Positions 1 through 11,354 of a DNA stretch of 64,000 nucleotides are shown in pieces. Under the pieces are notes generated by a model that did not search any database, was not told where the DNA came from, and was given only the letters and a program-made list of their open reading frames with translations. Position 1 is the stretch's first letter; the number at the start of each line of letters is the position of its first letter. Source of the DNA: an uncultured Actinomycetes bacterium (GTDB lineage: Bacteria; Actinomycetota; Thermoleophilia; UBA2241); the NCBI GenBank assembly GCA_963755025.1, contig CAVWIH010000017.1, positions 54,078 through 118,077 on the forward strand. Direction: 5' to 3'. The translations under genes and the position numbers were made by a program.

Positions 1-1
1 G

Positions 2-328
2 CACCTCGAGGAGAAGGCCGGCGCCGACGTGGTCGTCACCTGCCCGCCGTCGTTCATCGACGAGTGCATCAACTTCCCGGGCGCCGAGAACATCAAGTTC
101 AAGCCCAACCAGATCGAAGTCGATCCGCCCAAGGACGTCATGGACAAGCTCATGCGGATCCCCTACTTCGTGCGCGCTTACGACGAGAACGGCTACACCC
201 GCGAGGAGTACGCGACGCATCCGGCCCTCGTAAAGACCCACGCCGCCTTCTCGAAGGCTACCCAAGAGATGGTCGACTTTGCGGGCAACTGCCTCGAAGG
301 CAGCTGCGCACCTACGCCCGCTTCCTGA
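2..328 (+). CDS. Transaldolase-family protein, C-terminal part (5' truncated by window edge)
   Basis: Open frame from window start. HLEEKAGADVVVTCPP...IPYFVRAYDENGYTREEY resembles the C-terminus of long atypical transaldolase-family proteins; strongly GC3-biased codons. Confidence 0.5.
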   Translation, partial: HLEEKAGADVVVTCPPSFIDECINFPGAENIKFKPNQIEVDPPKDVMDKLMRIPYFVRAYDENGYTREEYATHPALVKTHAAFSKATQEMVDFAGNCLEGSCAPTPAS

Positions 329-359
329 CGATCCCCGGTTGACGAAAGGACGAATGAGC

Positions 360-1463
360 ATGACGGAGAAAACGGCGAACGTGACTGATCTGTTCGTACC
401 GTGGCTCGAGACTGCGCCCGAGTACAACACCAGCATCCTCGACAAGGCCTGGGCGCAGCCCGACTACGGCCGCATGATGCTGAACGAGAACCCTGTGCCG
501 CCGTCGGACAAGGTGGTCAACGCCGTCACCGAGATCGTCAAGAAGGGTAACCGCTACCCCGACAGCATGCTGCGCCTGCGCACCAAGCTCGGCGCCCTCC
601 ACGGTGTCGGCCCCGAGAACATCGCGCTGGCCAACGGCTCGTCCGAGACCATCGACGCCATGATGCGCATCTTCTTGCAGCCCGGCGACGAGTTCCTGCT
701 GTCGAACCCGACGTTCGAGATGTTCCTCTCGCGCGCCGGCTTGTGCGGCGCCAAGAACGTGCAGATCGACCTGCAGAAGGACGGCCTGCAGTACGACGTC
801 GACGCCATGCTTGCGGCGGTCAACGAAAAGACCAAGCTCATCCTCATCATCAACCCGAACAACCCGACGGGCATCTTCATCGACGACGCCGACCTCATCA
901 AGTTCTGCGAGCTCGGCATTCCGCTCTGCGTCGACGAGGCCTACCTCGACTACCATCCGCAGGTCGCCTCGAAGGTCGACCTCATCAAGACGTATCCGCA
1001 CGTCTTCCTGTCGCACACCTTCTCCAAGGCCTTCGGCCTGGCCGGCATCCGCTTCGGCTACATGGTCGGCGTCCCCGAGGTCGTGCAGGCCTTCACCAAG
1101 ATGTACCTGCCCTGGAACATGAGCCTCATGGCCATGGCCGCCGCCGAGGCCATCCTCGACAACCCCGAGGAGATCGCCGGCAAGGTCAAGTACAACAACG
1201 ACTGGATGGACAAGTTCACCGCCGAGCTCAAGGCTCTCGGCCTGAACCCGTATCCGGCCCACGGCAACTACATGCTGATCGACGCCTCGGTTTCCGGTAA
1301 GACCACCGGCGAGATCGTCAAGGCCGCCTACGACTCCGACAAGCTCTTCCTCAAGACCATCAAGCCGATCCACGGCAAAGACGGCTACTTCCGCGTCACG
1401 CCCGGCACGGTCGAAGAGTGCGAGCGTTTCATGAACTTCATCAGGAGCTACTTCGCCAAGTAG
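360..1463 (+). CDS. PLP-dependent class I/II aminotransferase (HisC/CobD-like)
   Basis: LNENP, NRYPD, NGSSE, NPNNPTG, DEAY, TFSKAFGLAGIRFGY motifs. RBS AAAGGA at 345-350; start 354 or 360. Confidence 0.85.
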   Translation: MTEKTANVTDLFVPWLETAPEYNTSILDKAWAQPDYGRMMLNENPVPPSDKVVNAVTEIVKKGNRYPDSMLRLRTKLGALHGVGPENIALANGSSETIDAMMRIFLQPGDEFLLSNPTFEMFLSRAGLCGAKNVQIDLQKDGLQYDVDAMLAAVNEKTKLILIINPNNPTGIFIDDADLIKFCELGIPLCVDEAYLDYHPQVASKVDLIKTYPHVFLSHTFSKAFGLAGIRFGYMVGVPEVVQAFTKMYLPWNMSLMAMAAAEAILDNPEEIAGKVKYNNDWMDKFTAELKALGLNPYPAHGNYMLIDASVSGKTTGEIVKAAYDSDKLFLKTIKPIHGKDGYFRVTPGTVEECERFMNFIRSYFAK

Positions 1464-1503
1464 TGAGGCACCCGGACGCAACTGTCCCGCCCGTCAGCAT
1501 GGT

Positions 1504-1533
1504 CTGCCCTCCCCCGCACGCGGGGGAGGGCAG
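1504..1533 (+). terminator. Perfect 14-bp GC hairpin after the aminotransferase (terminator or REP-like)
   Basis: ctgccctcccccgc-ac-gcgggggagggcag; no U-tract. Confidence 0.45.
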
Positions 1534-1692
1534 GATTCGGGCGTTCGCAGCACCCACGCCGCCGACCGGTCCGCGCGGTGAGGCGCTTCTCAAAGCTTTT
1601 GTGACCGGACCGCCAGGGACGCACGCCGCCAGTCGACGTTCGCCCCTTCTTTTTGTTGTCGAGCCGACCACTGCAAGAACGAAAGGACGCCG

Positions 1693-3726
1693 ATGAGCCC
1701 TGTGGCGAGCGCATTGACCCTCGAGGAGCGGTGCATCGACACCATCCGCTTTCTCGCCGTCGACGGTGTAGAGAAGGCCAAGTCCGGACACCCGGGCATG
1801 CCGATGGGCGCCGCGCCCATGGCTCACACGCTGTTCACCCGACACCTGCGGTTCGATTCGGCCGACCCGAGCTGGCCCGACCGTGACCGCTTCGTGCTGT
1901 CGGCCGGCCACGCCAGCATGCTGCTCTACTCGCTGCTGCACCTGACCGGCTACGACCTGAGCCTCGACGACCTGCGCGCCTTCCGCCAGTGGGGCAGCAA
2001 GACCCCGGGCCACCCCGAGTACCATCACACCCCGGGCGTCGAGACGACCACCGGTCCCCTCGGGCAGGGCTTCGCCAACGCCGTCGGCATGGCCGTCGCC
2101 GAGCGCTTCCTGGCCGCCACCTTCGACGGCGACGTGGTCGACCACTACACCTACGCGCTCGCCGGCGACGGCTGCATGATGGAGGGCATCACCAGCGAGG
2201 CCGCCTCGCTCGCCGGCCATCAGAAGCTCGGCAAGCTCATCGTGCTCTACGACGACAACCACATCACGATCGACGGCTCCACCGACCTGGCCTTCACCGA
2301 AGACGTCTGCGCCCGTTATGCCGCCTACGGCTGGCAGGTGCAGCGCGTGACCGACGGCAACGACGTCGCAGCCATCGATGCCGCCATCGTCGCCGCCAAG
2401 GCCGACACCGAGCACCCGTCGCTGATCGCCGTGCGCACGCACATCGGCTGCGGCTCGCCCAACAAGCAGGACAAGGCCGCCGCCCACGGCGCCCCGCTGG
2501 GCGCCGACGAAGTCAAGCTCACCAAAGAAGCCTGCATGTGGCCGCTCGACCCGACCTTCTTCGTGGCCGACGACGTCAGGGCGTTCTACGCCGCGGCCGC
2601 CAAGCGCGGCGCCGCCGCGCACGCCGCCTGGAGCGAGCGTCACGCCGCCTGGGCCGCCGCCGACACCGCCCGCGCGACCGCCTGGAACGACGCCTGGGCC
2701 AACAAGCTGCCCGCCGGCTGGGACGCCGATCTGCCGGTGTTCGCGCCCGACGAGCCCGCCGTCGCCACGCGCGTGGCGTCCGGCAAGGTCATCAACGCGG
2801 TGGCCCCCCACGTGCCCAACTTCATCGGCGGTTCGGCCGACCTCGCGCCCTCGAACAACACGCTCATGAAGGGCGAGGCCGACGTGCAGGCGGCGACCCC
2901 CGCGGGGCGTAACTTCCACTTCGGCGTGCGCGAGCTCGCCATGGCCGCCATCGCCAACGGCATGGCCGCCCACGGCGCGGCGCGTCCGTACGTGGCGACC
3001 TTCTTCGTGTTCGTCGACTACATGCGTCCCGCCATGCGCCTGTCGGCCCTCATGGGCCTGCCGGTCACCTACGTCCTCACGCACGACAGCGTGGGCGTCG
3101 GCGAAGACGGCCCGACCCATCAGCCGATCGAGCACCTCGCCATGCTGCGCGCCACGCCGAACTTCATCGACCTGCGCCCGGCCGACGCCAACGAGACCGT
3201 CGAGGCCTGGAAGATCGCTCTTGAGTCGACCGACGCCCCTGTCGGCCTCATGCTCACCCGGCAGAACCTGCCGACCATCGACCGCAGCGTCTACAGTGCG
3301 GCCGACGGCGTCGCCCGCGGCGCCTACGTGCTCGCCGACTCAGCCGGCGACGGCGCGCCCGACGTGATCCTCATGGCGAGCGGCAGCGAAGTGCAGCTCG
3401 TCCTCGCTGCCTACGAGCGCCTCGCCGCCGAAGGCGTGCGCTCGCGCGTCGTCAACATGGCGTCGTTCCGCCTGTTCGAGCGCCAGGACGCGGCTTATCG
3501 CGAGAGCGTGCTGCCGGCCGCCTGTCGCTGCCGCCTGGCCGTCGAAGCGGCCACCAGCTTCGGTTGGGACCGCTGGGTCGGCACCGACGGCGAGATCATC
3601 GCCATCGACCGCTTCGGCACGTCGGCTCCGGCGCCGACCATCTTCGAGCAGTTCGGCTTCACCGTCGACAACGTCTACGACAAGGCCAGCGCCCTCGTCG
3701 CAAGCGCGGCCGCGCCGGTCGCCTGA
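1693..3726 (+). CDS. tkt: Transketolase (copy 1)
   Basis: [50 protein letters not shown] motifs; RBS AAAGGA. Confidence 0.97.
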   Translation: MSPVASALTLEERCIDTIRFLAVDGVEKAKSGHPGMPMGAAPMAHTLFTRHLRFDSADPSWPDRDRFVLSAGHASMLLYSLLHLTGYDLSLDDLRAFRQWGSKTPGHPEYHHTPGVETTTGPLGQGFANAVGMAVAERFLAATFDGDVVDHYTYALAGDGCMMEGITSEAASLAGHQKLGKLIVLYDDNHITIDGSTDLAFTEDVCARYAAYGWQVQRVTDGNDVAAIDAAIVAAKADTEHPSLIAVRTHIGCGSPNKQDKAAAHGAPLGADEVKLTKEACMWPLDPTFFVADDVRAFYAAAAKRGAAAHAAWSERHAAWAAADTARATAWNDAWANKLPAGWDADLPVFAPDEPAVATRVASGKVINAVAPHVPNFIGGSADLAPSNNTLMKGEADVQAATPAGRNFHFGVRELAMAAIANGMAAHGAARPYVATFFVFVDYMRPAMRLSALMGLPVTYVLTHDSVGVGEDGPTHQPIEHLAMLRATPNFIDLRPADANETVEAWKIALESTDAPVGLMLTRQNLPTIDRSVYSAADGVARGAYVLADSAGDGAPDVILMASGSEVQLVLAAYERLAAEGVRSRVVNMASFRLFERQDAAYRESVLPAACRCRLAVEAATSFGWDRWVGTDGEIIAIDRFGTSAPAPTIFEQFGFTVDNVYDKASALVASAAAPVA

Positions 3727-3739
3727 CGCACACACGCGC

Positions 3740-3790
3740 GGCGGTCGCGCCGGCCTCGTCCGAGGCCGGCGCGACCGCCTTCTTCGTTGT
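3740..3790 (+). terminator. Rho-independent terminator
   Basis: 19-bp perfect stem ggcggtcgcgccggcctcg / cgaggccggcgcgaccgcc followed by ttcttcgttgt. Confidence 0.8.
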
Positions 3791-3800
3791 CTGGTCCGGC

Positions 3801-4466
3801 GTGGGGAGGAGGCGGCACATCGCACCGACACTGCAGGCCATCGCCTTCGACCTCGACGGCACCCTGGCCAACACCTTGGCGCTGAACATCGCGGCCTTTC
3901 AGCACGCCCTCCTCGGGGCCACCGGCCGGCGCTTCAGCGCCCAGGAGGTCTGCGACCTGTGCGGGGCCGGCCAGGAGGGCGTCGTCAGGAGCGTCGTGAC
4001 CGACCGCTGGCGCGAGTGCCTGGCCGACTTTCACGAGTACTTCGAAGCCCACTACGACGAGCAGGCGGCGCCCTACGACGGCGTCGCCGAGCTGCTCGCC
4101 TGCGTCGAGCAGCGCGGCCTCGCCGCGGCCATCGTGACCGGCGCCGGACGGCGCTGCGTCGACCTCACCCTCGGCAAGCTCGGCCTGACCGGCCGGTTCC
4201 CGCACGTCGAGACGGGCTCGCCCGACGGTCCGCGCAAGGCGGAGCAGCTCGCCGGCCTCATCGCAGAGTGGGGTGTGGCGGCCTCGCGGGTGGCCTACGT
4301 GGGCGACTTCGCCTCCGACATGACGGCGGCGCGCGCCGCCGGCGCCCTGCCGCTGGGCGCGGCGTGGGACGGCGACGCCGATGCGTCCGCGCTGCGCGCG
4401 GCCGGCGCGCAGGCCGTCTTTGCGACGGTCGCGGAGCTGCGCGACTGGCTGTCGTCGCGCTCGTAG
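3801..4466 (+). CDS. HAD-family hydrolase/phosphatase
   Basis: FDLDGTL motif I and VGD..SD motif IV. Start uncertain (GTG 3801 or ATC 3819). Confidence 0.85.
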   Translation: MGRRRHIAPTLQAIAFDLDGTLANTLALNIAAFQHALLGATGRRFSAQEVCDLCGAGQEGVVRSVVTDRWRECLADFHEYFEAHYDEQAAPYDGVAELLACVEQRGLAAAIVTGAGRRCVDLTLGKLGLTGRFPHVETGSPDGPRKAEQLAGLIAEWGVAASRVAYVGDFASDMTAARAAGALPLGAAWDGDADASALRAAGAQAVFATVAELRDWLSSRS

Positions 4467-4552
4467 GTCCGCCGCGCTTCCAGGGGCGCCACTGCGCCCT
4501 CGCCGCGGCCTTTGGTGGGTGACGCCGGCCGTATGCGGGTACTGTCGTGTCC

Positions 4553-5665
<1,113 letters not shown>

Positions 5666-5667
5666 CC

Positions 5668-6117
5668 ATGGGCCGGCGCAAGGACACCGTCGTCGTGAAC
5701 GAGGAGCTGCTCGAGCAGTTGCGCGACGTCTACCGCGAGCTCGGCCCCGGGTTCCCGACCGCCGCCACGCGCCTGTTCAGCACCGAAGGGTCCGCCGACG
5801 GGGGCGATTGGGCGCTCAGCGTCAACGGCCACCTCTCGCGGCTCCTGAACGCGCATGAGCTGGCGAGCACCGACCTGTTCGTGCTGCCGTCGAGCTGGGA
5901 GGTCATGCGGGCCGAGGTGCGCAGCATCAAGGCGAGGCGCGACGTGGTCACCGTGACCGGGTTCATCTACTGCCGGCCGCGGGGCACCTGGGAGCACCTG
6001 CGGCTGCCCTTGCTGCACGTCTGGACGATCTGCGTCGACAGGGCGCTGCGCTTTGAGAGCCTGCTCGACGGCCTCGAGCTCAGGCGCGCCGACGGGCTCA
6101 CCCGCTGCGCCGCCTGA
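5668..6117 (+). CDS. Hypothetical protein, SnoaL/NTF2-like C-terminal half
   Basis: ATG 2 nt after the sigma stop. DVVTVTG...LHVWT....ALRFE pattern is typical of SnoaL-like folds. Confidence 0.55.
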   Translation: MGRRKDTVVVNEELLEQLRDVYRELGPGFPTAATRLFSTEGSADGGDWALSVNGHLSRLLNAHELASTDLFVLPSSWEVMRAEVRSIKARRDVVTVTGFIYCRPRGTWEHLRLPLLHVWTICVDRALRFESLLDGLELRRADGLTRCAA

Positions 6118-6177
6118 ACGTGGGGAATCCTCGCAGCCTGCTGGGCGCGACCACGGCCGGGCGGCCACCCGGCGCTC

Positions 6178-6867
6178 CTACCAGTCCTTGCGGAGCCCTC
6201 CGTCGCGGGCGAGCTTCTCGCGGCAGATCTGCTCGATGGCGCGGCGCACGGTGCGCGCCATGAGCCAGCCCACGACGGTTGCCGAGCCGGCGTAGCTCTG
6301 GGGCTCGCCGCGGCCCGTGCAGGCGACGACGACGGCGTCGGTCGAGGTGCCGCTCGCCGGCGCGCCCTCCGGGGAGAGCACCTGCCACGCGCCGAGCGCC
6401 AGCGTCTTGGCCTCGGTGGCGGTGATGACCGCGTTGACCAGGGCCGCCGGCGTGAGGTGTGCGTCGACCACCACGATCGTATTGATGGTGCCCGTCGCGT
6501 ACGCCGACGGCGGGCTGACGCCGGCGCAGGCGCGGTTGCTGAGTCCCATCGAGACGACGGCCGCCACCGTCGTGCCGTCGCGCGACTCGGCGGCGAGGCG
6601 GGCGTACTGGGTCTTGGCCGCGGTCATGAGACCGACGAACGGCTCGTCGATCCCCAGGCTCGCGGCGAAGGCGGCGAGGTCGGCCGCGGGCGACGAGTCG
6701 GGGGAGACGTCGTCGACGTGCATGTTGACGATCTCGCGGGCCGAGCCGAAGCCGCCGGCCACGAGCGCCGAGCTGAGCAGCGTCAGCGGCCGGGCGCTCG
6801 TCACCCGCACGACGGTCGCGTCGATGGCGACGGCGACGCCGGCGATCGTGGTATCGAGAGGGGTCAT
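6178..6867 (-). CDS. cbiZ: Adenosylcobinamide amidohydrolase
   Basis: LSSA..GGF, GLMTAA, GTINTIV, NAVITATEAK, ASGTSTDAVVV motifs. Confidence 0.88.
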   Translation of the reverse strand: MTPLDTTIAGVAVAIDATVVRVTSARPLTLLSSALVAGGFGSAREIVNMHVDDVSPDSSPAADLAAFAASLGIDEPFVGLMTAAKTQYARLAAESRDGTTVAAVVSMGLSNRACAGVSPPSAYATGTINTIVVVDAHLTPAALVNAVITATEAKTLALGAWQVLSPEGAPASGTSTDAVVVACTGRGEPQSYAGSATVVGWLMARTVRRAIEQICREKLARDGGLRKDW

Positions 6868-6880
6868 GCGGCGGCCTGGG

Positions 6881-7369
6881 TCAGCTCTCAGCGTGGAGCC
6901 ACTCGGCCACTCCTTCTGAGCGGACGGTCGCGTAGATGGCTTCGGAGTACTTACCACTGCTCAGCGGCAGGCGCCACGGATCTGCCTGGGGGTTGAGCTC
7001 GTTGTCCGCTACGGCGGCGATCTGTCGTTCGGCATCGGGGTGATGCCAGAAGAGGTGCTCGCGGGCGTTGATCTTGACGGCCGCCTGCCGCTCCCAGCCC
7101 TTGCCGTCTTCCTGCGAGAAGACGGTGTAGTAGCACGTGCCACGACCGGCTACGGGGTCGCTGAAGTGCGTGACGTCGCCCTCGACGACCAGCGTCTGAG
7201 ACCCGTCGCGCGTATCGGCGCTGTCGGCGAACCGCTCACCCGACCGCAGGACCCGCCACTGCAGTCTCTCGCAGTTGCGCACCTCCCACCAGCCCTTCAC
7301 CTCATCGCCGCTGTGGGCGCAATGGAAGTGGGCCATGTGTGGGCCCTCGCCGCCGCCGAAAAGCCGCAT
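6881..7369 (-). CDS. Hypothetical protein
   Basis: ORF with GGAGA RBS before ATG 7369. Beta-rich YYTVF segment; no family recognised. Confidence 0.55.
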   Translation of the reverse strand: MRLFGGGEGPHMAHFHCAHSGDEVKGWWEVRNCERLQWRVLRSGERFADSADTRDGSQTLVVEGDVTHFSDPVAGRGTCYYTVFSQEDGKGWERQAAVKINAREHLFWHHPDAERQIAAVADNELNPQADPWRLPLSSGKYSEAIYATVRSEGVAEWLHAES

Positions 7370-7505
7370 GTCATCTCCCAAGGTCGTGTGCTGATGGTGA
7401 GAGCCGCCGGTCGTTCCGATCATAGTCGGTGGGCATGCTGAAGACGAACCGCCGCGCTCCTCTGGGCGACGACGCTCCGCCGCCGGCTCCCGTCCTTTCC
7501 GCAGG

Positions 7506-7534
7506 TTGACGGTCCCGGGGGCCTGCGCTAGCGT
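7506..7534 (+). promoter_or_regulatory. Putative sigma70 promoter for cbiB
   Basis: TTGACG-N17-TAGCGT. Confidence 0.45.
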
Positions 7535-7629
7535 CGCGCCCGTCGTCTGACGCGACGGCCAGACCCCGGCGTCGCACCGGCAACCCCCGACCGAGGCCGC
7601 TCCTTCATGAGATCACCCCTGGCGCTCCA

Positions 7630-8568
7630 GTGACCGTCTCTCCGGGCGCGGTCGCCCTGACCGTGCTGCTGGCCGGCCTGCTCGACGTGAGCTGCGGTGA
7701 GCCCTCCAACGCCGTCCACCCGGTGGCCTGGCTGGGCAGCCTGATCGCGCTGCTCGACCGCCACGCGCCCCGCGAGCGGCCGCGCGCCGAGCTCGCCTAT
7801 GGCGCCGGCATCGTGCTGGTCGCCTGTGCCGCGACTGCCGCCGTCGGGCTCGCGCTGTGCCTGGCGGTGGTGCGCCTGCCCTGGTGGCTCGCCGTGCCCA
7901 TCGCGGCGGTCGCCCTGAAGGTGAGCTTCTCGCTGCGCGGCCTGGTCGGCGCCGGGCGCTACGTGCAGCGCAACCTGGGCGACGACACCGCCGCCGCCCG
8001 CGAGGGGTTGCGGGCGCTGGTCAGCCGCGACCGCGAGCTGAGCCCGCCCGAGGTCGCCTCGGCGGCCATCGAGTCGCTCGCCGAGAACCTGTCCGACAGC
8101 GTCGTCGCGCCGCTGTTCTGGTTCGCCCTGCTGGGGCTGCCCGGAGCGTTCGTCTACCGGGCCATCAACACCATGGACGCGATGATCGGGTACCACGGCC
8201 GCTACGAGTACCTCGGCAAACCGGCGGCGCGGTTCGACGACCTCGTCAACCTCGTGCCGGCGCGCCTCACCGGCCTGCTGCTCGTGGCCCTCGCCGGCCT
8301 GCACGGTCGCGGGGCCGCGGCCTGGAGCGCGCTGCGCCGGCAGCATCGCCTGTCGTCGAGTCCCAACAAGCTCTGGACGATCGCCCCCATGGCCGCCGCC
8401 CTGGGCGTGCGGCTGGCCAAGGCCGGCGAGTATGCCGTCGGCGTCGACGAGACCGCGCCCACCGCCACCAGCATCGGCCGGGCGGCGGCGATCGTCTGGC
8501 AGGCCGGCGCGCTCACCCTGCTGGCCGCCGCGGGCCTGGCCGCCCTGGTCGCGGCCCTCTGGCGCTGA
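7630..8568 (+). CDS. cbiB: Adenosylcobinamide-phosphate synthase CbiB
   Basis: GEP...HPVAWLG, LVSRD, IESLAENLSD, YRAINTMDAMIGY, ARFDD..N.VPARL motifs. Confidence 0.93.
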   Translation: MTVSPGAVALTVLLAGLLDVSCGEPSNAVHPVAWLGSLIALLDRHAPRERPRAELAYGAGIVLVACAATAAVGLALCLAVVRLPWWLAVPIAAVALKVSFSLRGLVGAGRYVQRNLGDDTAAAREGLRALVSRDRELSPPEVASAAIESLAENLSDSVVAPLFWFALLGLPGAFVYRAINTMDAMIGYHGRYEYLGKPAARFDDLVNLVPARLTGLLLVALAGLHGRGAAAWSALRRQHRLSSSPNKLWTIAPMAAALGVRLAKAGEYAVGVDETAPTATSIGRAAAIVWQAGALTLLAAAGLAALVAALWR

Positions 8569-8712
8569 GCTGCCAAAAAGGCCAAACCGGCGGCGCGCGA
8601 ATAGCCTGCGACAGGCGTGGCGGCGGTTGCAGTCTCGCGAGAGACTTGGCACACTCCTTTATGAGGCAGGCGTGCGTCCTGCGACCGCGCAACCCCCCGT
8701 CACGAGGTCAAC

Positions 8713-9590
8713 ATGTTCGAAGTCGTCAGCAACGAGGAGATCGCCCCCAAGCTCCATCGCATGGACATCCTCGCGCCGCGCGTGGCGCGTGCCCGCAAGC
8801 CCGGCCAGTTCGTCATCGTGCGCGTCGGCAAGGGCGCCGAGCGCATCCCGCTGACGATCGCCGACGACGACCCCGCGGCCGGCACCATCACCCTCATCAT
8901 CCAGGCCGTGGGGCGCTCCACGCAGGAGATCGTCGCCACCCCGGTCGGCGGCGCCCTGCGCGACGTGGCCGGCCCCCTTGGGCAGCCCACCCACATCGAC
9001 AACTTCGGCCACGTGGTCTGCGTGGGCGGCGGGGTGGGCACCGCCGTGCTGTTCCCGCTGGCCAAGGCTCTGGCCGCCGCCGGCAACCGGCTGACCACCA
9101 TCATCGGGGGGCGCAGCGAGAAGTTCGTGGTGTTGCGCGACGAGCTCGGCGCCTTCTCCGACGAGCTGCTGTGCACCACCGAAGACGGCTCGCTGGGCGA
9201 GACCGGCTTCGTCACCGCGCCCCTCAAGCGTCTGCTCGAAGCCGGCGACGGCGCCCGCCCGCAGGCGGTCTACGCCATCGGTCCGGTACCCATGATGAAG
9301 GCCGTCTCCGAGCTCACCCGCGCCTACGGCGTCAAGACCATCGTCTCGCTGAACCCGCTCATGGTCGACGGCACCGGCATGTGCGGCGGCTGTCGGGTGA
9401 CGGTGGGCGGCGAGATCAAGTTCGCCTGCGTCGACGGCCCCGAGTTCGACGGCCACCTGGTCGACTTCGCCGAGCTCGCCGGCCGCCAGGCCGCCTACCA
9501 CGAGCTCGACGAGCACGGCTGCCGCATCGTCGACGCCGAGGGCAATGTCGTCACCAGCGCCGCCGCGGCCAAGGCCGCCCGCAGCCGCCG
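8713..9590 (+). CDS. nfnA: NfnA/SudB-like FAD/[2Fe-2S] module (N-terminal part of a probable NfnA-NfnB fusion)
   Basis: PGQFVI, ERIPLTIAD, GGGVG, MVDGTGMCGGCRV, CVDGPEFD. No stop after the domain; the frame runs into a +1-shifted Ala/Pro linker. Confidence 0.88.
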
Positions 9591-11113
9591 CCTCGGCCGC
9601 CGCGCCCGCCGCCTCCGCGTCCGCCGCCGCCGCAGCCGCCGCGCCCGCCGCCCCGGTCCTCACGCCCGCCCCCGCCGCCGCCTTCGCGGTGGCCGCCGCC
9701 GCCGACGCCCCGGCTCCCGCGCTCACCGCCAAGGAGCGCATGGCTATCGGGCGCGTCGCCATGGTCGAGCAGGACGCCGAGCAGCGCAGCCACAACTTCT
9801 CCGAGGTCAACCTCGGCCTGCCGGCCGACCTCGCCGTGCTCGAGGCGCAGCGCTGCATCCAGTGCAAGAACCGCCCCTGCATGAGCGGCTGCCCGGTCGA
9901 GGTGCGCATCCCCGAGTTCCTCGAGCGCCTGGCCGCCGCCGACTTCGCCGGCGCCGCCGAGATCCTGCTCGCCGACAACGCCCTGCCGGCCACCACCGGG
10001 CGCGTCTGCCCCCAGGAGGTGCAGTGCGAGGGCGTCTGCGTGCGCGGCAAGAAGGGCGAGCCGGTCGCCATCGGCTGGCTCGAGCGCTTCGTGGCCGACT
10101 GGGCCGCCGGCAACCTCGAGTTCGCCGCGCCGCAGGTCACGCCGAGCGGCCATAAGGTGGCCGTGGTGGGCGCCGGCCCCGGCGGCCTCACGGTGGCCGG
10201 CGAGCTGGCCCGCATGGGTCACGCCGTGCACATCTTCGAGGCTCTCCACGACACCGGCGGCGTGCTGCGCTACGGCATCCCCGAGTTCCGCCTGCCCAAG
10301 GCCATCGTCGACAAAGAGGTCGACAACCTGCGCCGCCTGGGCGTCGAGGTCGAGTGCGACGTGATCATCGGCCGCACGCTCACCGTGCAGGAGCTCATGG
10401 CCGACTTCGACGCCGTCTTCGTGGCCAACGGCGCCGGCCTGCCCATGTTCCTGAACATCCCCGGCGAGAACCTGAAGGGCGTGTACTCGGCCAACGAGTA
10501 CCTGACGCGCGTCAACCTGATGGGCGCCTACATGAACTACGACGGCGTCACGCCCATCGCGCGCGGCAAGCGCGTGCTGGTCTTCGGCGGCGGCAACGTC
10601 GCCATGGACGCGGTGCGCACCGCCCGGCGCCTGGGCGCCGATCAGGCGATCTGCGCCTACCGCCGCACGCGCGCCGAGATGCCGGCCCGCATCGAGGAGA
10701 TCGTGCACGCCGAGCAGGAGGGCATCGACTTCCAGTTCCTCATGGCGCCGCTCGAGATCCTGTCCGACGCCCAGGGCTGGGTGCGCGCCGTGCGCATGCA
10801 GCGCATGGAGCTCGGCGAGCCCGACGACTCCGGCCGCCGCCGCCCGGTGCCCATCGCCGGCAGCGAGTTCGAGGTCGAGTGCGACGTCGCCGTGGTGGCC
10901 CTGGGCACGCTCTCCAACCCGCTGCTCACCAACGCCACGCCGGCCATCGCGCTCAACAAGTGGGGCAACATCGTCACCGACGACACGCACGCCACGTCCA
11001 TGCCGGGCGTCTTCGCCGGCGGCGATATCGTGCGCGGCGGCGCCACGGTCATCCTGGCGATGGGCGACGGCAAGGCGGCGGCGCGCTCGATCGACACGTT
11101 TCTCAAGGGCTAG
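9591..11113 (+). CDS. nfnB: NfnB/SudA-like module (GltD-like, 2x[4Fe-4S], FAD, NADPH)
   Basis: RCIQCKNRPCMSGCPV, GRVCPQEVQC, GAGPGG, YGIPEFRLPK, GGGNVAMD, AGGDIVRG motifs; preceded by an Ala/Pro linker. Confidence 0.9.
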
Positions 11114-11140
11114 CTCGTCGCAGTCCGCGCACTGAAGCGC

Positions 11141-11184
11141 CGCGACGCGCCGGCCACCGCTTTGGCGGTGGCCGGCGCGTCGCG
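11141..11184 (+). terminator. 20-bp perfect hairpin after nfn
   Basis: cgcgacgcgccggccaccgc-tttg-gcggtggccggcgcgtcgcg. Confidence 0.65.
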
Positions 11185-11354
11185 AGCCTCAAGTGGGGAG
11201 CTTTCAGGCGATTGTGAGCCCGTTTAGAGCGCGCTCACCCCACCCGGTGGTTTGTCAGGGCGTGCGGGCCTGTGATAGGGTGCCGGCTCACCGAACGACG
11301 CGACCGGTCAGGGCCGCGTTCCTACTGTCGGTCCGCGGACCGGGGGGTCATCCG

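Noticed and set aside
7370-7630. Cobalamin riboswitch before cbiB/cbiZ
   Set aside because: No AGGGAA, GCCACTG or GGGAAG B12-box on either strand.
11185-11354. c-di-AMP (ydaO) riboswitch before the cell-wall hydrolase
   Set aside because: No GCTGAATCC / GGGGGA / GGGGTGAA pattern visible.
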